Shown in pieces: positions 38,605 to 50,392 of a stretch of 64,000 bases of DNA (position 1 is its first letter; each line of letters starts with the position of its first letter). This stretch comes from a virus. Taxonomy: Duplodnaviria; Caudoviricetes. The stretch spans positions 131,467-195,466 of the IMG/VR virus record IMGVR_UViG_3300028591_000086, one strand, 5' to 3'. Under the pieces are notes generated by a model, which made no database searches, had not been told where the DNA came from, and saw nothing but the letters and a program-made list of their open reading frames with translations. The position numbers and the translations under genes were made by a program.

Positions 38605-40163
38605 TTAATTTAGTTGGTGGAAGCATGTTATTGAACCAAATGTCGATGCTTTCAGGTGGTTCGAAAGATGATTTATACGATATTGTTCCAGCAATACCTA
38701 CGAAGTATACTATTTACAACGTGTATTCTGGGCAGATGGAAATGGGTATTCACGGATACCCAGTATTGAATGGCGGATTGTATCCTAGAATTGGTAATAT
38801 CATTGGAGAATCTGCCACAGGTAAAACTACTTTATTAGTAGGTTTATGTACTAGTGCCGTAGATTGGATTAGAAATAGATTCGGCAATGGCTATAGTGAA
38901 TTATTTTATTTTGATGTTGAAAAGAACCTTAATAAGAATCGTTTTTGTGACGTTTCTGGTTGGACATTAGCCGATTATCAGACAAAATGTAATTATTCAT
39001 CTGATGATATATCATTACTTGATTTAGCGAATTTTATTATGAAAATCGTTGATATCAAGACAAAATATAAGAATGATTATTTATTGCCTTCTGGTTTACG
39101 TGATATAGATGGTCGTGAGGTGAAATTTCTTGCACCTACATATATCTGCGTTGATTCTGTAGCAGCAGTAAATCCTAATGGTGTAGAAGATCTTTTGGCA
39201 CATGATAAATCTGGTGAAGCTAAGGAAATTGAAAAATTAGCATCCAATACTGATGGTATGACTGATGCTAAAGCTTGGACAGTATTTGTTCGAAAAATCA
39301 AACCATATCTTGATAAAGCCAATATCGGTTTATATTGTATAAATCATAAAACTAAAGAAACTAAGATGGATATGTTCCAGAAAGAAAAACGATATCTTCC
39401 ATTCTTGGCTATGGGTGAAAAACTTAAAGGTGGTTCTGAATTTATTTATCAGTCTTATAATATTTTTGATTTACAGTCTGGTGAAAAATTTGATGAAAAG
39501 AATCCTGTATATGGTCCAAATATTAATGGATTCTCAACAAGAACACGATTTGTCAAGAGTAAGACAAATATGGAAGGTGTTCAATTTCCTATGGTATTTG
39601 ATCTTAATAGGGGTTATTTACCTGAACTTTCTGATTTTGAATATCTTTATCAGAAGAAATTTGGAATCGATGGAAGCATTAAGATGACGTTAGATGTATT
39701 ACCCGAAGTTCAATTTACAAGACGTACATTATTGGATGCTATCGATGAATACCCTCAATTAGCTAGAGCTATTCAGTTTACAGCAAAATTCCACGCATCA
39801 AATGATATGATTTATCGTTGTGCGCCAGGTGGATTAAAAGATTTTGGCCAGAATGTTCCTCTTGAACAGAGATTAGCTATTCTTTATAATTTCACTACCC
39901 CATATAATCGAATTATATTCGATGACCCATATAAGAATTTTGCAGAATTAGCTGCGGCTAATAAACACTATTTTATATTCGGAACAAATAATGTTGATCA
40001 TAGTAATGATCTCGTTAAAAATGCGAATATTGATCAAGCAAGTAAAGGATACACTTTCACATCTACAGTTGGTGTTACACCATACGATGTTGATAAAGGA
40101 CTTGCTGAAACTGATGGTCATTATGTTACTCCGATAGCAACTGTTCAAAACACTGCAGCTTAA
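38601..40163 (+). CDS. uvsX: RecA/UvsX-like recombinase
   Basis: Walker A GESATGKTT, FDVE, Walker B CVDSVA, INH, KGG. Confidence 0.8.
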   Translation: MINLVGGSMLLNQMSMLSGGSKDDLYDIVPAIPTKYTIYNVYSGQMEMGIHGYPVLNGGLYPRIGNIIGESATGKTTLLVGLCTSAVDWIRNRFGNGYSELFYFDVEKNLNKNRFCDVSGWTLADYQTKCNYSSDDISLLDLANFIMKIVDIKTKYKNDYLLPSGLRDIDGREVKFLAPTYICVDSVAAVNPNGVEDLLAHDKSGEAKEIEKLASNTDGMTDAKAWTVFVRKIKPYLDKANIGLYCINHKTKETKMDMFQKEKRYLPFLAMGEKLKGGSEFIYQSYNIFDLQSGEKFDEKNPVYGPNINGFSTRTRFVKSKTNMEGVQFPMVFDLNRGYLPELSDFEYLYQKKFGIDGSIKMTLDVLPEVQFTRRTLLDAIDEYPQLARAIQFTAKFHASNDMIYRCAPGGLKDFGQNVPLEQRLAILYNFTTPYNRIIFDDPYKNFAELAAANKHYFIFGTNNVDHSNDLVKNANIDQASKGYTFTSTVGVTPYDVDKGLAETDGHYVTPIATVQNTAA

Positions 40164-40324
40164 ATTTATATAAAAGAACCGAGAAGTCTCGGTTCTTTTA
40201 TTTTTATTAGAAAAGATTTAAACTAGATATTATATTATTGGTAATATTGAAATGGATGTCGGTATTATTTTGGTGGTGGGCAGTATCTAAAACGGATGTT
40301 AGATACTGTATTTTGGGGGAATAA

Positions 40325-40483
40325 ATGAAGATAAGTATTTTAGAAACGTTAGTAATAATGCTTATTACATTTATCGTATGTTATGTAATAGCATGGATAC
40401 AGAAGAAATATTACGACAAAACGTTTTATAAAAAGTTGCATGATTCTTATGAAAATAAGAAAAAGCAACAATCTGAATCTTGA
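40325..40483 (+). CDS. Small membrane protein, 52 aa (below ORF-track cutoff)
   Basis: GGGGGA RBS; MKISILETLVIMLITFIVCYVIAW...; own promoter motif and terminator. Confidence 0.6.
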   Translation: MKISILETLVIMLITFIVCYVIAWIQKKYYDKTFYKKLHDSYENKKKQQSES

Positions 40484-40596
40484 TTAAAAAAAGAAGAGAC
40501 AAAAGTCTCTTCTTTTTTTGTTAAATTTAATATTTCTATTAACGATATTATGATGTAAATTATTAATTATATTTTTATTAATATATTTATCTTATA

Positions 40597-40809
40597 ATGG
40601 AGGATATATTGTTTGTAAAAAAGAAAAAGCAACAAAAAAATAAAGAACACCAGATAAATGACAAGATGCGTTCTAAATTACGATATAGTTTTTATGCCAT
40701 AATGTTCATTTTTACAATCGTGAGTATAGCATGTTTTAAACCGTTATGGTTGATGATAGTTATACTGATATTGACAATATTTATAATTAGATTAAATCTT
40801 TTTGAATAA
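40597..40809 (+). CDS. Small two-TM protein
   Basis: Basic N-terminus plus hydrophobic hairpin. Confidence 0.6.
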   Translation: MEDILFVKKKKQQKNKEHQINDKMRSKLRYSFYAIMFIFTIVSIACFKPLWLMIVILILTIFIIRLNLFE

Positions 40810-40838
40810 GGAATTATAATAAGTGATTTGGAGGAAAT

Positions 40839-43184
40839 ATGACAACCGAAAAAGACTTGGAATATGCTAATGCTAAATTTCCTAAAGGAGAAGAATACAA
40901 GATTCAACTTGCTGGAAATCTTACATTAGCGGAATTTGTATCAGGAAACCGAAGTCAAATGTGGTCAACGCAGATCGAACAACATGTTCCGTTGATTTCA
41001 CCTGAAGTTCAAAATATGGCAACGAGTTTTGAAAAAGCTTATGGTAAATACTGTGATAGCTATGCTGTAGCACCAGCAGATTTTAAAGTGATTGCAGTTA
41101 TACCGAAATTCTTAAACATATCAAGATTTAATTATATCTATGTAGTTCAAAATATGTTGACTAAAGTATTTGACGTTATCGAAGTTAAACATTATGCATG
41201 TTTGTCTGAAGACAGAGGATATTTGCGTCCATATACTAAAGGAGACAGTTTTAAAGCTGGTGATGTTATTAAGAAAGGAACAACGATTTATCGTTCTAAT
41301 TCACACGATGAATATGGTAATTATAGATATGGTGTAAATCCTAAATGTGTTTACATTTCATTACCAGAGGTTGAGGAAGACGGTATTGCTATTAGAGCTG
41401 GGTATAGAGAAAAATTTTCATTTTATGATATGAAAGAAACTCCAATAGCACTAAACAGAAATCAAGTTCTTCTTAATCTTTATGGTGATAATGAATATAA
41501 AGTTATTCCTGATATCGGTGAAGAAGTAAAAGACGGAATTCTGTGCGTTAAACGAAGTATAAACTATGCAAATATTGCAGCAGAATGTACAGACAATATG
41601 CTCAAGACAATTCTTAGTACTGATGAGGTTGTTAAAGGTGGTGGAATTGTTGGTGATATAGATATATGGATTAATGATGTTGAAGAATTTGAAAATTCTG
41701 GAAATAAGAGTCAAATTTACAAATATTATTGTGCATGTAGAGATTACTATACTAAAGTAATAAATGTACTTGGACCGATAGTTAATTCAAGAGAAAATGT
41801 TCAATATACTCATAAACTCAGATGGCATTATGAAAATGCTAGAGATTATATTGATAATAAAGCTATATATATGAACAACAATAATAGCATAGAATTTGCT
41901 TATATTAAGATATTTACATATGAGAAAAAATATGCAACAGATGGATATAAAGTAACTGATAGATTTGGTTCTAAAGGTGTTATTACTTATGTCTGTCCAG
42001 ACGAATATATGCCTCGTGATGAATACGGTAATGTAGCAGATTTGATATTGTCTCCTCCTGGAACAATTGCTCGTGCAAATCCTGGTCAGGAATATGAAGA
42101 AGAATATAACTTTATTGCAAATGAAGTTGGTAAGAAAATAACTGCTCTTCCAAATTTAGCAGATAAAGAAAGGCTTCTTGTTGATTTCATAACTACTGTA
42201 AATGGTAATGAAGGAATTGTTCTTAAAGATTTCTTAAATAAAGCGTCCCTTGAAGAAAAGATCGAATGTTTTAATGATATTGCCGAATATGGTATGAATC
42301 TTGTAAAGGAACCTTTTGATGGTACAATTTCTCCAGAAAATTTGGAAATGCTGTATAAAAAATATAAAGTAGCTCCTACACATGTATTAATTTGTAGAGA
42401 GTTCAAAGATACGATGACTGCTCTTCCACTAGTTAATGTGCTTAAAGCTAAAGTAAGTGCAGATGGAAAATTTGTTGATACCGGTGATTATATCGATATC
42501 AACAAACGTCAAATTGTTACAGATGAAAATAAGGGTATTACTCCATTCGATGTGAAGAAAGGAGATAAATACATCAATTTTAATAACAGGAAAGCTATAG
42601 TTCCGGATTTTGTTGGCGGTTTTGATTCGGTAGATTTATTTAATTATAGAACAGAAGATCATTTAAATGATATTGACGTTATTAAGAATAATGAGCCAGG
42701 TACATGTATTAAGGCATGGATTAATGAAAAAGGAAGATTGGTGAGACAATATAAAAGTATAGATAAATTAGTAATCGGTAAAAAATATTATATATTGTTG
42801 AAACAAATGCCTGATGAAAAATTTTCAGCAAGAAGTGTCGGAAGTACTAGCCAAGTAGGTATTCCAAATAAAACAGGTAAGCAAACAAAGTTAACTAGTC
42901 CATATGCTAAGAACGCTATTCGTTTATGTGAAATGGATAATGATGTTAACTTCTGTCGAATTGATCCTGAGATTGAAAACAGATTTATGGCAACACATTC
43001 AGTTAATCCTGAATTGTGTGAGGCTTTAGGTGAAATGTTATTGACTGAAGATCCTTTTAAAGCTCATGATTTACCTATCAAAAACGAGGATATTAAAGAT
43101 AATGTCCCAGCATTGTTGGTTCACTCCGCTTTATATTCTATTGGTAGAGAGGTTGGTGATATTTACGAGGACGAAATATCATAA
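40839..43184 (+). CDS. Phage multisubunit RNA polymerase beta subunit, C-terminal half (probably non-virion RNAP)
   Basis: GYKVTDRFGSKGV, LSPPGTIARANPGQ, KFSARS and RLCEMD correspond to conserved RpoB motifs; split gene typical of phiKZ/AR9. Confidence 0.88.
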   Translation: MTTEKDLEYANAKFPKGEEYKIQLAGNLTLAEFVSGNRSQMWSTQIEQHVPLISPEVQNMATSFEKAYGKYCDSYAVAPADFKVIAVIPKFLNISRFNYIYVVQNMLTKVFDVIEVKHYACLSEDRGYLRPYTKGDSFKAGDVIKKGTTIYRSNSHDEYGNYRYGVNPKCVYISLPEVEEDGIAIRAGYREKFSFYDMKETPIALNRNQVLLNLYGDNEYKVIPDIGEEVKDGILCVKRSINYANIAAECTDNMLKTILSTDEVVKGGGIVGDIDIWINDVEEFENSGNKSQIYKYYCACRDYYTKVINVLGPIVNSRENVQYTHKLRWHYENARDYIDNKAIYMNNNNSIEFAYIKIFTYEKKYATDGYKVTDRFGSKGVITYVCPDEYMPRDEYGNVADLILSPPGTIARANPGQEYEEEYNFIANEVGKKITALPNLADKERLLVDFITTVNGNEGIVLKDFLNKASLEEKIECFNDIAEYGMNLVKEPFDGTISPENLEMLYKKYKVAPTHVLICREFKDTMTALPLVNVLKAKVSADGKFVDTGDYIDINKRQIVTDENKGITPFDVKKGDKYINFNNRKAIVPDFVGGFDSVDLFNYRTEDHLNDIDVIKNNEPGTCIKAWINEKGRLVRQYKSIDKLVIGKKYYILLKQMPDEKFSARSVGSTSQVGIPNKTGKQTKLTSPYAKNAIRLCEMDNDVNFCRIDPEIENRFMATHSVNPELCEALGEMLLTEDPFKAHDLPIKNEDIKDNVPALLVHSALYSIGREVGDIYEDEIS

Positions 43185-43246
43185 ATTAAAGGTTTAATTG
43201 AAACCTCCCTAAAATATTTTAGGGAGGTTTATTTTTTGGTATTATT

Positions 43247-43924
43247 ATGAATAGTAAAAATAAAAAAGATGGTATCTGTTTGATATCGTCACCTACTAAA
43301 AAAGATAAACGTGATGGATATAAAGATTGTCTTAGTAAGAGAATAAAAACCGTTCAGGTTATTAAACTTTATTCTGATGATATAACTAAAGATGATGAAC
43401 GGCAGATGTGTTCTATTCTTAGAGAAATAGATCCAGAAAAATTTTCAACAATACAATATAGACCAGATTATGAACAAATATTGAAAATTGAAAAAGAATT
43501 AGTTGACGGCAATATGCCTGAAAATATGGAGTTATTGTTTTTATCAAAGACACAGTTATTAAAATCAATAGATAATAATAAACTTGATTTGATTATACCT
43601 GTAGAAGTATATGTTTGTGGAACAAATCCTAATTCGACATTTTATAAATTAAATTATGATGACGAGTATATGAGAAAACAGGTGTTACATAATATAGTAT
43701 CTTTCGTTGTGGTTAAATATTTAGCCACAATATCGGAAAATGATTATATTGTAGTTTATAGATTAATGGCTGATGGATTGATTGAATCTATGTGTTATGA
43801 GGATAATGAAGGAAATAAAGTTCCGTTCCTTATACCTATAAAATGTAATAAAATTATCGATTTTATTGATAATGAAGATCGTGATAAAATGGAGAAATTA
43901 TATGGAAAATTATATACCTGTTAG
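43247..43924 (+). CDS. Hypothetical protein
   Basis: 225-aa ORF. Confidence 0.75.
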   Translation: MNSKNKKDGICLISSPTKKDKRDGYKDCLSKRIKTVQVIKLYSDDITKDDERQMCSILREIDPEKFSTIQYRPDYEQILKIEKELVDGNMPENMELLFLSKTQLLKSIDNNKLDLIIPVEVYVCGTNPNSTFYKLNYDDEYMRKQVLHNIVSFVVVKYLATISENDYIVVYRLMADGLIESMCYEDNEGNKVPFLIPIKCNKIIDFIDNEDRDKMEKLYGKLYTC

Positions 43925-44543
43925 TAATTTAACTGAAAAAATTCTTAGTAGACGTAGAGATGATTTCAGAGTTGAAATGATGTATGATATCATGTTTGAT
44001 GATAATATTGGAGGTATGCATCCTGAAAGAACAGTCACATTGATGTCGGATAATGAAAATGAAAAACCTACACAGATAACACTAGAAAAAGCTAAATTCC
44101 TCGATACTTATCAATACAATAAAACTAATCTCGACGATATGAAAAGAACCATTGAAGAGAATATAGGAAATATATTAACTCTTAAAAGAAATGGTGCTGG
44201 GTTAAATGGTATGCCACCAATTAAAGACGTGTGGTTATTCGTGTTTGCTATGGATGAAAATGCTAAAATCATACCTAATACGTATCTTAATCCTAATAGT
44301 CAAGATATCGGTGATATATTACGCACAGATAAACCTATAATCATGTGCGGTTTTGTTCTTTCACATCCTACAACATTTAATGGAGAAAAATTACCTGAAG
44401 GATATCCTGAAAACGTTAATGAATGGATATTCATTTCGCCAGTTATGGAAGATCATATGGATGAATATAATAAAATAACTGAAGAAATCGAATGTGAAAA
44501 ACTTAAGCATATGTTTATGTTAGATTTTAAAGAAATTAAATAA
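43902..44543 (+). CDS. Hypothetical protein
   Basis: GGAG RBS before ATG 43902. Confidence 0.75.
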   Translation: MENYIPVSNLTEKILSRRRDDFRVEMMYDIMFDDNIGGMHPERTVTLMSDNENEKPTQITLEKAKFLDTYQYNKTNLDDMKRTIEENIGNILTLKRNGAGLNGMPPIKDVWLFVFAMDENAKIIPNTYLNPNSQDIGDILRTDKPIIMCGFVLSHPTTFNGEKLPEGYPENVNEWIFISPVMEDHMDEYNKITEEIECEKLKHMFMLDFKEIK

Positions 44544-44633
44544 TTAATAATTTGAAGACACCTTACGGTGTCTTCAATGTTTTAGTTAGTTTTTTGTTAA
44601 AAGAACGACATTTTAATAAATAGAGGTATTTTT

Positions 44634-46199
44634 ATGACTATAAATAAAGATGATACTGCTTCACATACAACAGATATTTCAGAAATGATGTTGGATTTTA
44701 TATCAAAAGAGGGTTCAAACAGTTATCCCACAGTAACAGTTTTATTGAATCGTCTTTTAGTATCTATAGATGATTTCGAATGGAGAAAAAATAGTGAGAT
44801 ATCAGATGCTTTACCGGATTTAAAGATTCATGACGATATTCATTGGTATAAGCTTAAAGATATGTATAGTAATGTAAAAAATGCTATTATTAATAATAGC
44901 ATTCTGAGTAATTCAACTATTTTTATTGATGAAAATTCGTTTACATTAAAAAACATATCTAATATTTTTAAAACTGATAATGCGAATTATATATTAGATG
45001 AAAATAAACGTTTAAATAAAGTGGATGATACGTTTAATAATATAATTAAAACATATAAAAACACGTCCTCTTCAGATAGTTATGATATCGTTAATGTTAA
45101 AGATATGTTCTCGTATGAAACGTTCGATTTTGTTTTATGTGATCATAAGATATATCGATTATCTAATGATGGTAGTGTTAAATTGGTTTATGATTATCCT
45201 ACACATATATTGAATGCTTTTGCGTTAGTGAGTAATGAAATAATTGTAGCAAGTAATCATGATGGTGGTTTAATATTCAATAACATAACTACTACATTTA
45301 AATTAAGAAAATCAGTTAAATATAAGACGGGAGTGATAACTCAACAACCAACTACTGATCCAAATAATTCCGGTGATAATTCTAATGATAATCCTACGTC
45401 TTCCAATCCTGGCGCCGGTGCTTCTACGTCAGTTACTATAACTAATAAATTACCGATAAATAATAATTGTACTTTTGTTTATCCTAAAGGTGAAAACGAA
45501 TTTTATCTAGGAGATTCGACTACATCAGGTTCATTTGCGTTAGATGATAATTTCGATGTTGTTACTGAAGATAGACCTATAGGTATTTTACCTGTAGATT
45601 CGAATCGTCATTATAATAATAAAAATTTTGTCCAACTTCAAACGGAAGTGGAATTCGATAAAATTAAATATAACGTAACTAATGTAACATATGCTGCTTA
45701 TACTGAAAATTTAATATATTTTATAACTTCAGATAATTATTTGAATGTATTTATTAAAGGCAACGCAGATAGTCTTATTAAATTTAATAAATCTAATGGA
45801 ATAAAACATAATCCTAAATATATATTTATTAGAAATGACGATGTTTATCTATATACTGAAGATGGATGGTTAAGAAGCATTAATTCTTCTGATAACATTG
45901 AACCGACTTTTGCGTTTTTATTGTTCGATTTTAACTGGGAAAGAGATAATGATAAGAATAAAATAAATGTACAATATTCACGTATGTCAATAAATACATT
46001 ACTTTCTTTTGTAACGGATAAAACTAAATATGATAAATATTTAGGAAAGATTAACAAATCGAATACTACGTTTATGGTAGCTTTTTCTAGAAATAAAACG
46101 TCTGGAAAAACAGTATTTAATTTATTTGGAACGGATGATAGACGTAAAAAGGCTGAAGAATTAAAGATATGCTGTAACGCATTTGATATAGGAGAATAA
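44634..46199 (+). CDS. Putative structural protein, beta-rich with N/S/P linker
   Basis: 521 aa; GACA-N6-TA late-type motif at 44607. Confidence 0.65.
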   Translation: MTINKDDTASHTTDISEMMLDFISKEGSNSYPTVTVLLNRLLVSIDDFEWRKNSEISDALPDLKIHDDIHWYKLKDMYSNVKNAIINNSILSNSTIFIDENSFTLKNISNIFKTDNANYILDENKRLNKVDDTFNNIIKTYKNTSSSDSYDIVNVKDMFSYETFDFVLCDHKIYRLSNDGSVKLVYDYPTHILNAFALVSNEIIVASNHDGGLIFNNITTTFKLRKSVKYKTGVITQQPTTDPNNSGDNSNDNPTSSNPGAGASTSVTITNKLPINNNCTFVYPKGENEFYLGDSTTSGSFALDDNFDVVTEDRPIGILPVDSNRHYNNKNFVQLQTEVEFDKIKYNVTNVTYAAYTENLIYFITSDNYLNVFIKGNADSLIKFNKSNGIKHNPKYIFIRNDDVYLYTEDGWLRSINSSDNIEPTFAFLLFDFNWERDNDKNKINVQYSRMSINTLLSFVTDKTKYDKYLGKINKSNTTFMVAFSRNKTSGKTVFNLFGTDDRRKKAEELKICCNAFDIGE

Positions 46200-46203
46200 T
46201 CTT

Positions 46204-46947
46204 ATGTCCGATATCAATAAGACTGAAATGGTAAATATGAGTTCGGTAACTAAAGATAATGGTAATATAATTGTTGGTGTTACTGGTAAAGAAAAATTCA
46301 TTCATTTACCATTTAATAAAAAAGATAAATACTTTATGAATCCTTTAGATTTCGTGAAATTCGTGAAAGCAACAGAAGCTACCATTAGACATTCGGATGA
46401 ATATGCTAGATACATAGCATATTTGAAAAATGATGTAGGTTTAAAACGGTGTGCTATGTATTCAAACATAGATTCTGATTTAGCATCTATAGAAATGCAT
46501 CATTTTATTTTTACATTATATGACCACGTAGAGATACAGATTTCACATTTATTCCATCAAGGAGATAGAATAAACTCATCGAATGTGACACACAATGTGT
46601 TAAAAGACCATTTTGATAATATTATTCTTATAGTTCCTTTATGTGAAATGGCACATAAAGCATATCATGCACATCTTTTATCTAAAAAGAACGGTCAGGG
46701 TGACGGTAAAGATAAAGATTTTTTCATAGATATAAATAGTGCGTGGGGGGATTTAGGAAAATATATTGAAAAATATAAAGATGACTTGACATCTTCTCAT
46801 TTTATGAAACTTAAAGAATATTTCGACCAATACAATAAATATTCTAGTTCACCAATTAGACCTTCTATATTTAATGAATCTATAACTCGGTGGTCGGATA
46901 CTTTCAATTTCAATAAAGCTAAAGAGGCAACACATGATGACAATTGA
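46204..46947 (+). CDS. HNH-like His-rich phage protein
   Basis: IEMHHFIFTLYDH...PLCEMAHKAYH. Confidence 0.6.
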   Translation: MSDINKTEMVNMSSVTKDNGNIIVGVTGKEKFIHLPFNKKDKYFMNPLDFVKFVKATEATIRHSDEYARYIAYLKNDVGLKRCAMYSNIDSDLASIEMHHFIFTLYDHVEIQISHLFHQGDRINSSNVTHNVLKDHFDNIILIVPLCEMAHKAYHAHLLSKKNGQGDGKDKDFFIDINSAWGDLGKYIEKYKDDLTSSHFMKLKEYFDQYNKYSSSPIRPSIFNESITRWSDTFNFNKAKEATHDDN

Positions 46948-49900
46948 GTCTATTCTCATAGCTAAAAACAGAGATCAATTCAATAATATAATTGGTTTTA
47001 TGAGGAGTTTAATCTTTAAAAATGAAACCGAAGCTAATGAAGTTGAAACTGTTGATACTTTAGAGAATTTTAATAGATATGAATATGCTTATATTCAAAA
47101 AGATTCTTCTTTGTCTTATAATTTTTCAAAACAACAATTAATAGATTTCGGTTTTACAGAACAGCAATCTAAAAAATATTTTGAAGATCCTAGATTATTT
47201 CAAACTGAATATATGAATGGAAATGTTTTATGTAAATTATTTCTAAATAAATTACGTAAACAAAGAGTTGATGAATATATTGAAAACAATCCGTATTATA
47301 GACAATTTTGCGGTTTACCATATGACGAATCGCAATATATTTCAGTATTAAATAATGATAGAAAAGATGAAAATGAACCTGAAACAATATATTTACATGA
47401 AATAAATGCTAACAAATATCCAAATACTTATTCTAGATTATTTTACGAAAGAGAAATTGAAAAAATTTATAAAGAAAATAATTACATGTATCTTATTTTT
47501 TTAGAAAAACCTATGAATCCCTATGATATACGTAATAGAAATCATTTTGATATTTGTTATTACGATACGACTTTGTTATCACCATCAGAACTACAATATT
47601 GGTTTGAATGTTATGAAAAAGCTAGAAATGAAATAATGTTAAACGATTATATCGAATCATATAATACAACATATAAAGCATATGATAATATCATGTTAGT
47701 GTGTATCTTATCGTATGCATTCAATTTGTATTGTAGTAAAATGCTTGAAAAATTTGCAGTTAGAGATTATACTGACTCTGAAATAATGGATATTATAGAA
47801 TCTAATGATCTTAATGAACTCAAGTCGTTAAATATGCCATTATTGCGACGTATAGTTCAACGACTTCCAGATTTAAAAGCATATACCGGAACAGATAGAG
47901 TTGTTGATATTATATTTGATATTGTAGCAGATGCGTCTATAAGTGTAAAGCGATATTATATTAAAAAGAAATATAATATAGATGCTCGAGGTAATACAAC
48001 TATTGATAAGAACCGTTTATACGATAAAAGTGTTGATTTAGTTTTTCAAGAAAAAACTATTAAACGCGGAGCAGATTCTACAGAAGCGTTAGATCAAGAA
48101 TACTCTTATGATTCCGTAGTTATGTCTGATGATACGTGGGGAGCAACGCAAAAAATAGCATCATCATCGGAGAAATTGGCTATAAAAGAAAAGATGAAAA
48201 AAGAGATACTTAAATCTAATTTTTCATCAATAATGACAAAATATATTAGTGTAAGTAAGATTATTGATATCAACGTGAAGATGATAGATTTATCAAACAA
48301 ACTCGGTTTATTGTATCAATATTGTAATGAAAAAGGTAATAAGATTGCTAATGATAGTATTGTTTTTGAGGGAATAGAAACAACTGCTCTTTCAATTTTT
48401 GCTGCGTGGTGTATAGTCTATGGTAGTATTAATGGTTTAAGTGACCCCGATAAAATTCCTTTAGATAAGACAATTATAGAAGGAGTTATGAAATTAAGAA
48501 CTTCAGATAAATTGAATCTAGAGATTTTGAAAGTTAAAAATCTCTCTATAGATTTAGGTAAGGGTTATTTTTCTGAAGTAGAAACGTTGACTAATAATAC
48601 TGATAACGACATTCATTTATCAGATTTATTATCTGATGATTTGCCTAATATACAACGCATTAAATCTAAACATCCAATTTTTTCACATTTTTCTTTACAA
48701 AAAGGAAAAAATGATCCTATAAATTATAAACTTAATTCTATTTCATCATATGGTAAAAATACTGATAATGAAACTTTCGCATATGATTCTAGAATAAATC
48801 TTAAGCACATTAAACAACTTACCAAGATTGATATTTCAGGAAACACAAAAACGTATAATGAAATAACTGAATATGGGTTAACTGAAAATAAGACTTATAT
48901 TGAAGTATTGCATGTAGATGATGGTTTTGACGAAAATAATATATCTAGTACACATTCCTATTTAGAAGATCAATATGTGCCTAATCCAGATTATAGAAAA
49001 GTTTTCAAATATGACACTGGTATTGAACATATTATTTCTATAAGTGGAACACGAAATATATTATTAGAAGATATAAAACCAGTATATATTTATAACAGTG
49101 AAGATCTGTTTGATGGATTGATTGCATATGATGGAAATAATTTATCTGGCTATATAGAACGAGTTATACATGAAGATAGTAAAGGAAAAAGACTTGTAGA
49201 AACTAAAAAATACGGATATAATCTTACTTCCGCACTTCCTGTACTTATTGAAAATTTTTCTAATATGGATGAAGGATTTAATATATCAGATCCTCTAGTC
49301 GTTAGAACCGAGGAAACCGAAAATATAAATAATCCAGAATTCTTAAAAATATACATGTATAATAATGGAACGTGGGACGAAGCTAAAACTGCTTGGGTTG
49401 AAACCGATTTAAAAGTTGATTCTTCAAGAGAAATAATTTTACCTGCTAATTCTACATATGTGTTATATTCGATTTTTAAATACGCTAATACTGTGGGTGA
49501 TTATTTAACTGATAAAGAAATTGAAGACAATTTAGTTGTATTTAAACCGTTATCCACTTTAACAATAGATGAATTGTATGCTGAATATGATAAGAACTAC
49601 GAAATTATTGAAGCTATAAAAAATAAAATTATTAAGGCTTATGATTTTTCAGAATATCAATTATGGGATACTGTATATAAAGCAAATCTTACTCACAGTA
49701 CTATGTATGAGTTATTTAAAGGTAGTCAAAATTATAGCGAATATATTTTATCAGTTTCACAAGATTTATATGATTATTTGGATTCTAAAATTTCAGCAGC
49801 AACTACTCCGATTGAATTAGTTGGATTAGAAAAAATGCTATATACTGCTTATTCAAATTATATTAAGAATATCTCAAACGATTATGCAAACATTTATACT

Positions 49901-50392
49901 AATGAAACTGATATCGCTGGTGGAGAAGATTTAACACAGATAGCGTTGTTATTCAAACAATTCGTTTCATTGTATACACAGTTGTATAAATCGTCTTATA
50001 ATATTTCTTATGATGATGCAGGTGAAAATTCTTTAATATTACTATATAGTATAGTTAGATCATCGTTTATTAGTAAAGGATATGATATACTTGAATTATC
50101 GTATAGTACAATTAAAGATGTAACATATGCTAAAGGATACGATTATCTTATATTGGAAGAATTTATTATTGATAAAATCAAAACTAAAATCTATGAATAT
50201 CTTAGTTTAGATATAGGTGTGTATAACGATGAAGGTGAATTTATACCTGATATGCCTTTTAAACAACTGTATAAAGATATTGATAGAGAGTATTTAGATT
50301 TAGAATATAAAAAACATAAAGATGATATAAAATTTTCATATAATGATAGTATCTCATTAATTATAGAACAGCTAGGAGCTAAAACAAAATGA
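46934..50392 (+). CDS. Large putative virion (baseplate-type) protein
   Basis: 1152 aa; YIENNPYYRQFCGLP motif recalled from jumbo-phage structural proteins. Confidence 0.6.
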   Translation: MMTIESILIAKNRDQFNNIIGFMRSLIFKNETEANEVETVDTLENFNRYEYAYIQKDSSLSYNFSKQQLIDFGFTEQQSKKYFEDPRLFQTEYMNGNVLCKLFLNKLRKQRVDEYIENNPYYRQFCGLPYDESQYISVLNNDRKDENEPETIYLHEINANKYPNTYSRLFYEREIEKIYKENNYMYLIFLEKPMNPYDIRNRNHFDICYYDTTLLSPSELQYWFECYEKARNEIMLNDYIESYNTTYKAYDNIMLVCILSYAFNLYCSKMLEKFAVRDYTDSEIMDIIESNDLNELKSLNMPLLRRIVQRLPDLKAYTGTDRVVDIIFDIVADASISVKRYYIKKKYNIDARGNTTIDKNRLYDKSVDLVFQEKTIKRGADSTEALDQEYSYDSVVMSDDTWGATQKIASSSEKLAIKEKMKKEILKSNFSSIMTKYISVSKIIDINVKMIDLSNKLGLLYQYCNEKGNKIANDSIVFEGIETTALSIFAAWCIVYGSINGLSDPDKIPLDKTIIEGVMKLRTSDKLNLEILKVKNLSIDLGKGYFSEVETLTNNTDNDIHLSDLLSDDLPNIQRIKSKHPIFSHFSLQKGKNDPINYKLNSISSYGKNTDNETFAYDSRINLKHIKQLTKIDISGNTKTYNEITEYGLTENKTYIEVLHVDDGFDENNISSTHSYLEDQYVPNPDYRKVFKYDTGIEHIISISGTRNILLEDIKPVYIYNSEDLFDGLIAYDGNNLSGYIERVIHEDSKGKRLVETKKYGYNLTSALPVLIENFSNMDEGFNISDPLVVRTEETENINNPEFLKIYMYNNGTWDEAKTAWVETDLKVDSSREIILPANSTYVLYSIFKYANTVGDYLTDKEIEDNLVVFKPLSTLTIDELYAEYDKNYEIIEAIKNKIIKAYDFSEYQLWDTVYKANLTHSTMYELFKGSQNYSEYILSVSQDLYDYLDSKISAATTPIELVGLEKMLYTAYSNYIKNISNDYANIYTNETDIAGGEDLTQIALLFKQFVSLYTQLYKSSYNISYDDAGENSLILLYSIVRSSFISKGYDILELSYSTIKDVTYAKGYDYLILEEFIIDKIKTKIYEYLSLDIGVYNDEGEFIPDMPFKQLYKDIDREYLDLEYKKHKDDIKFSYNDSISLIIEQLGAKTK

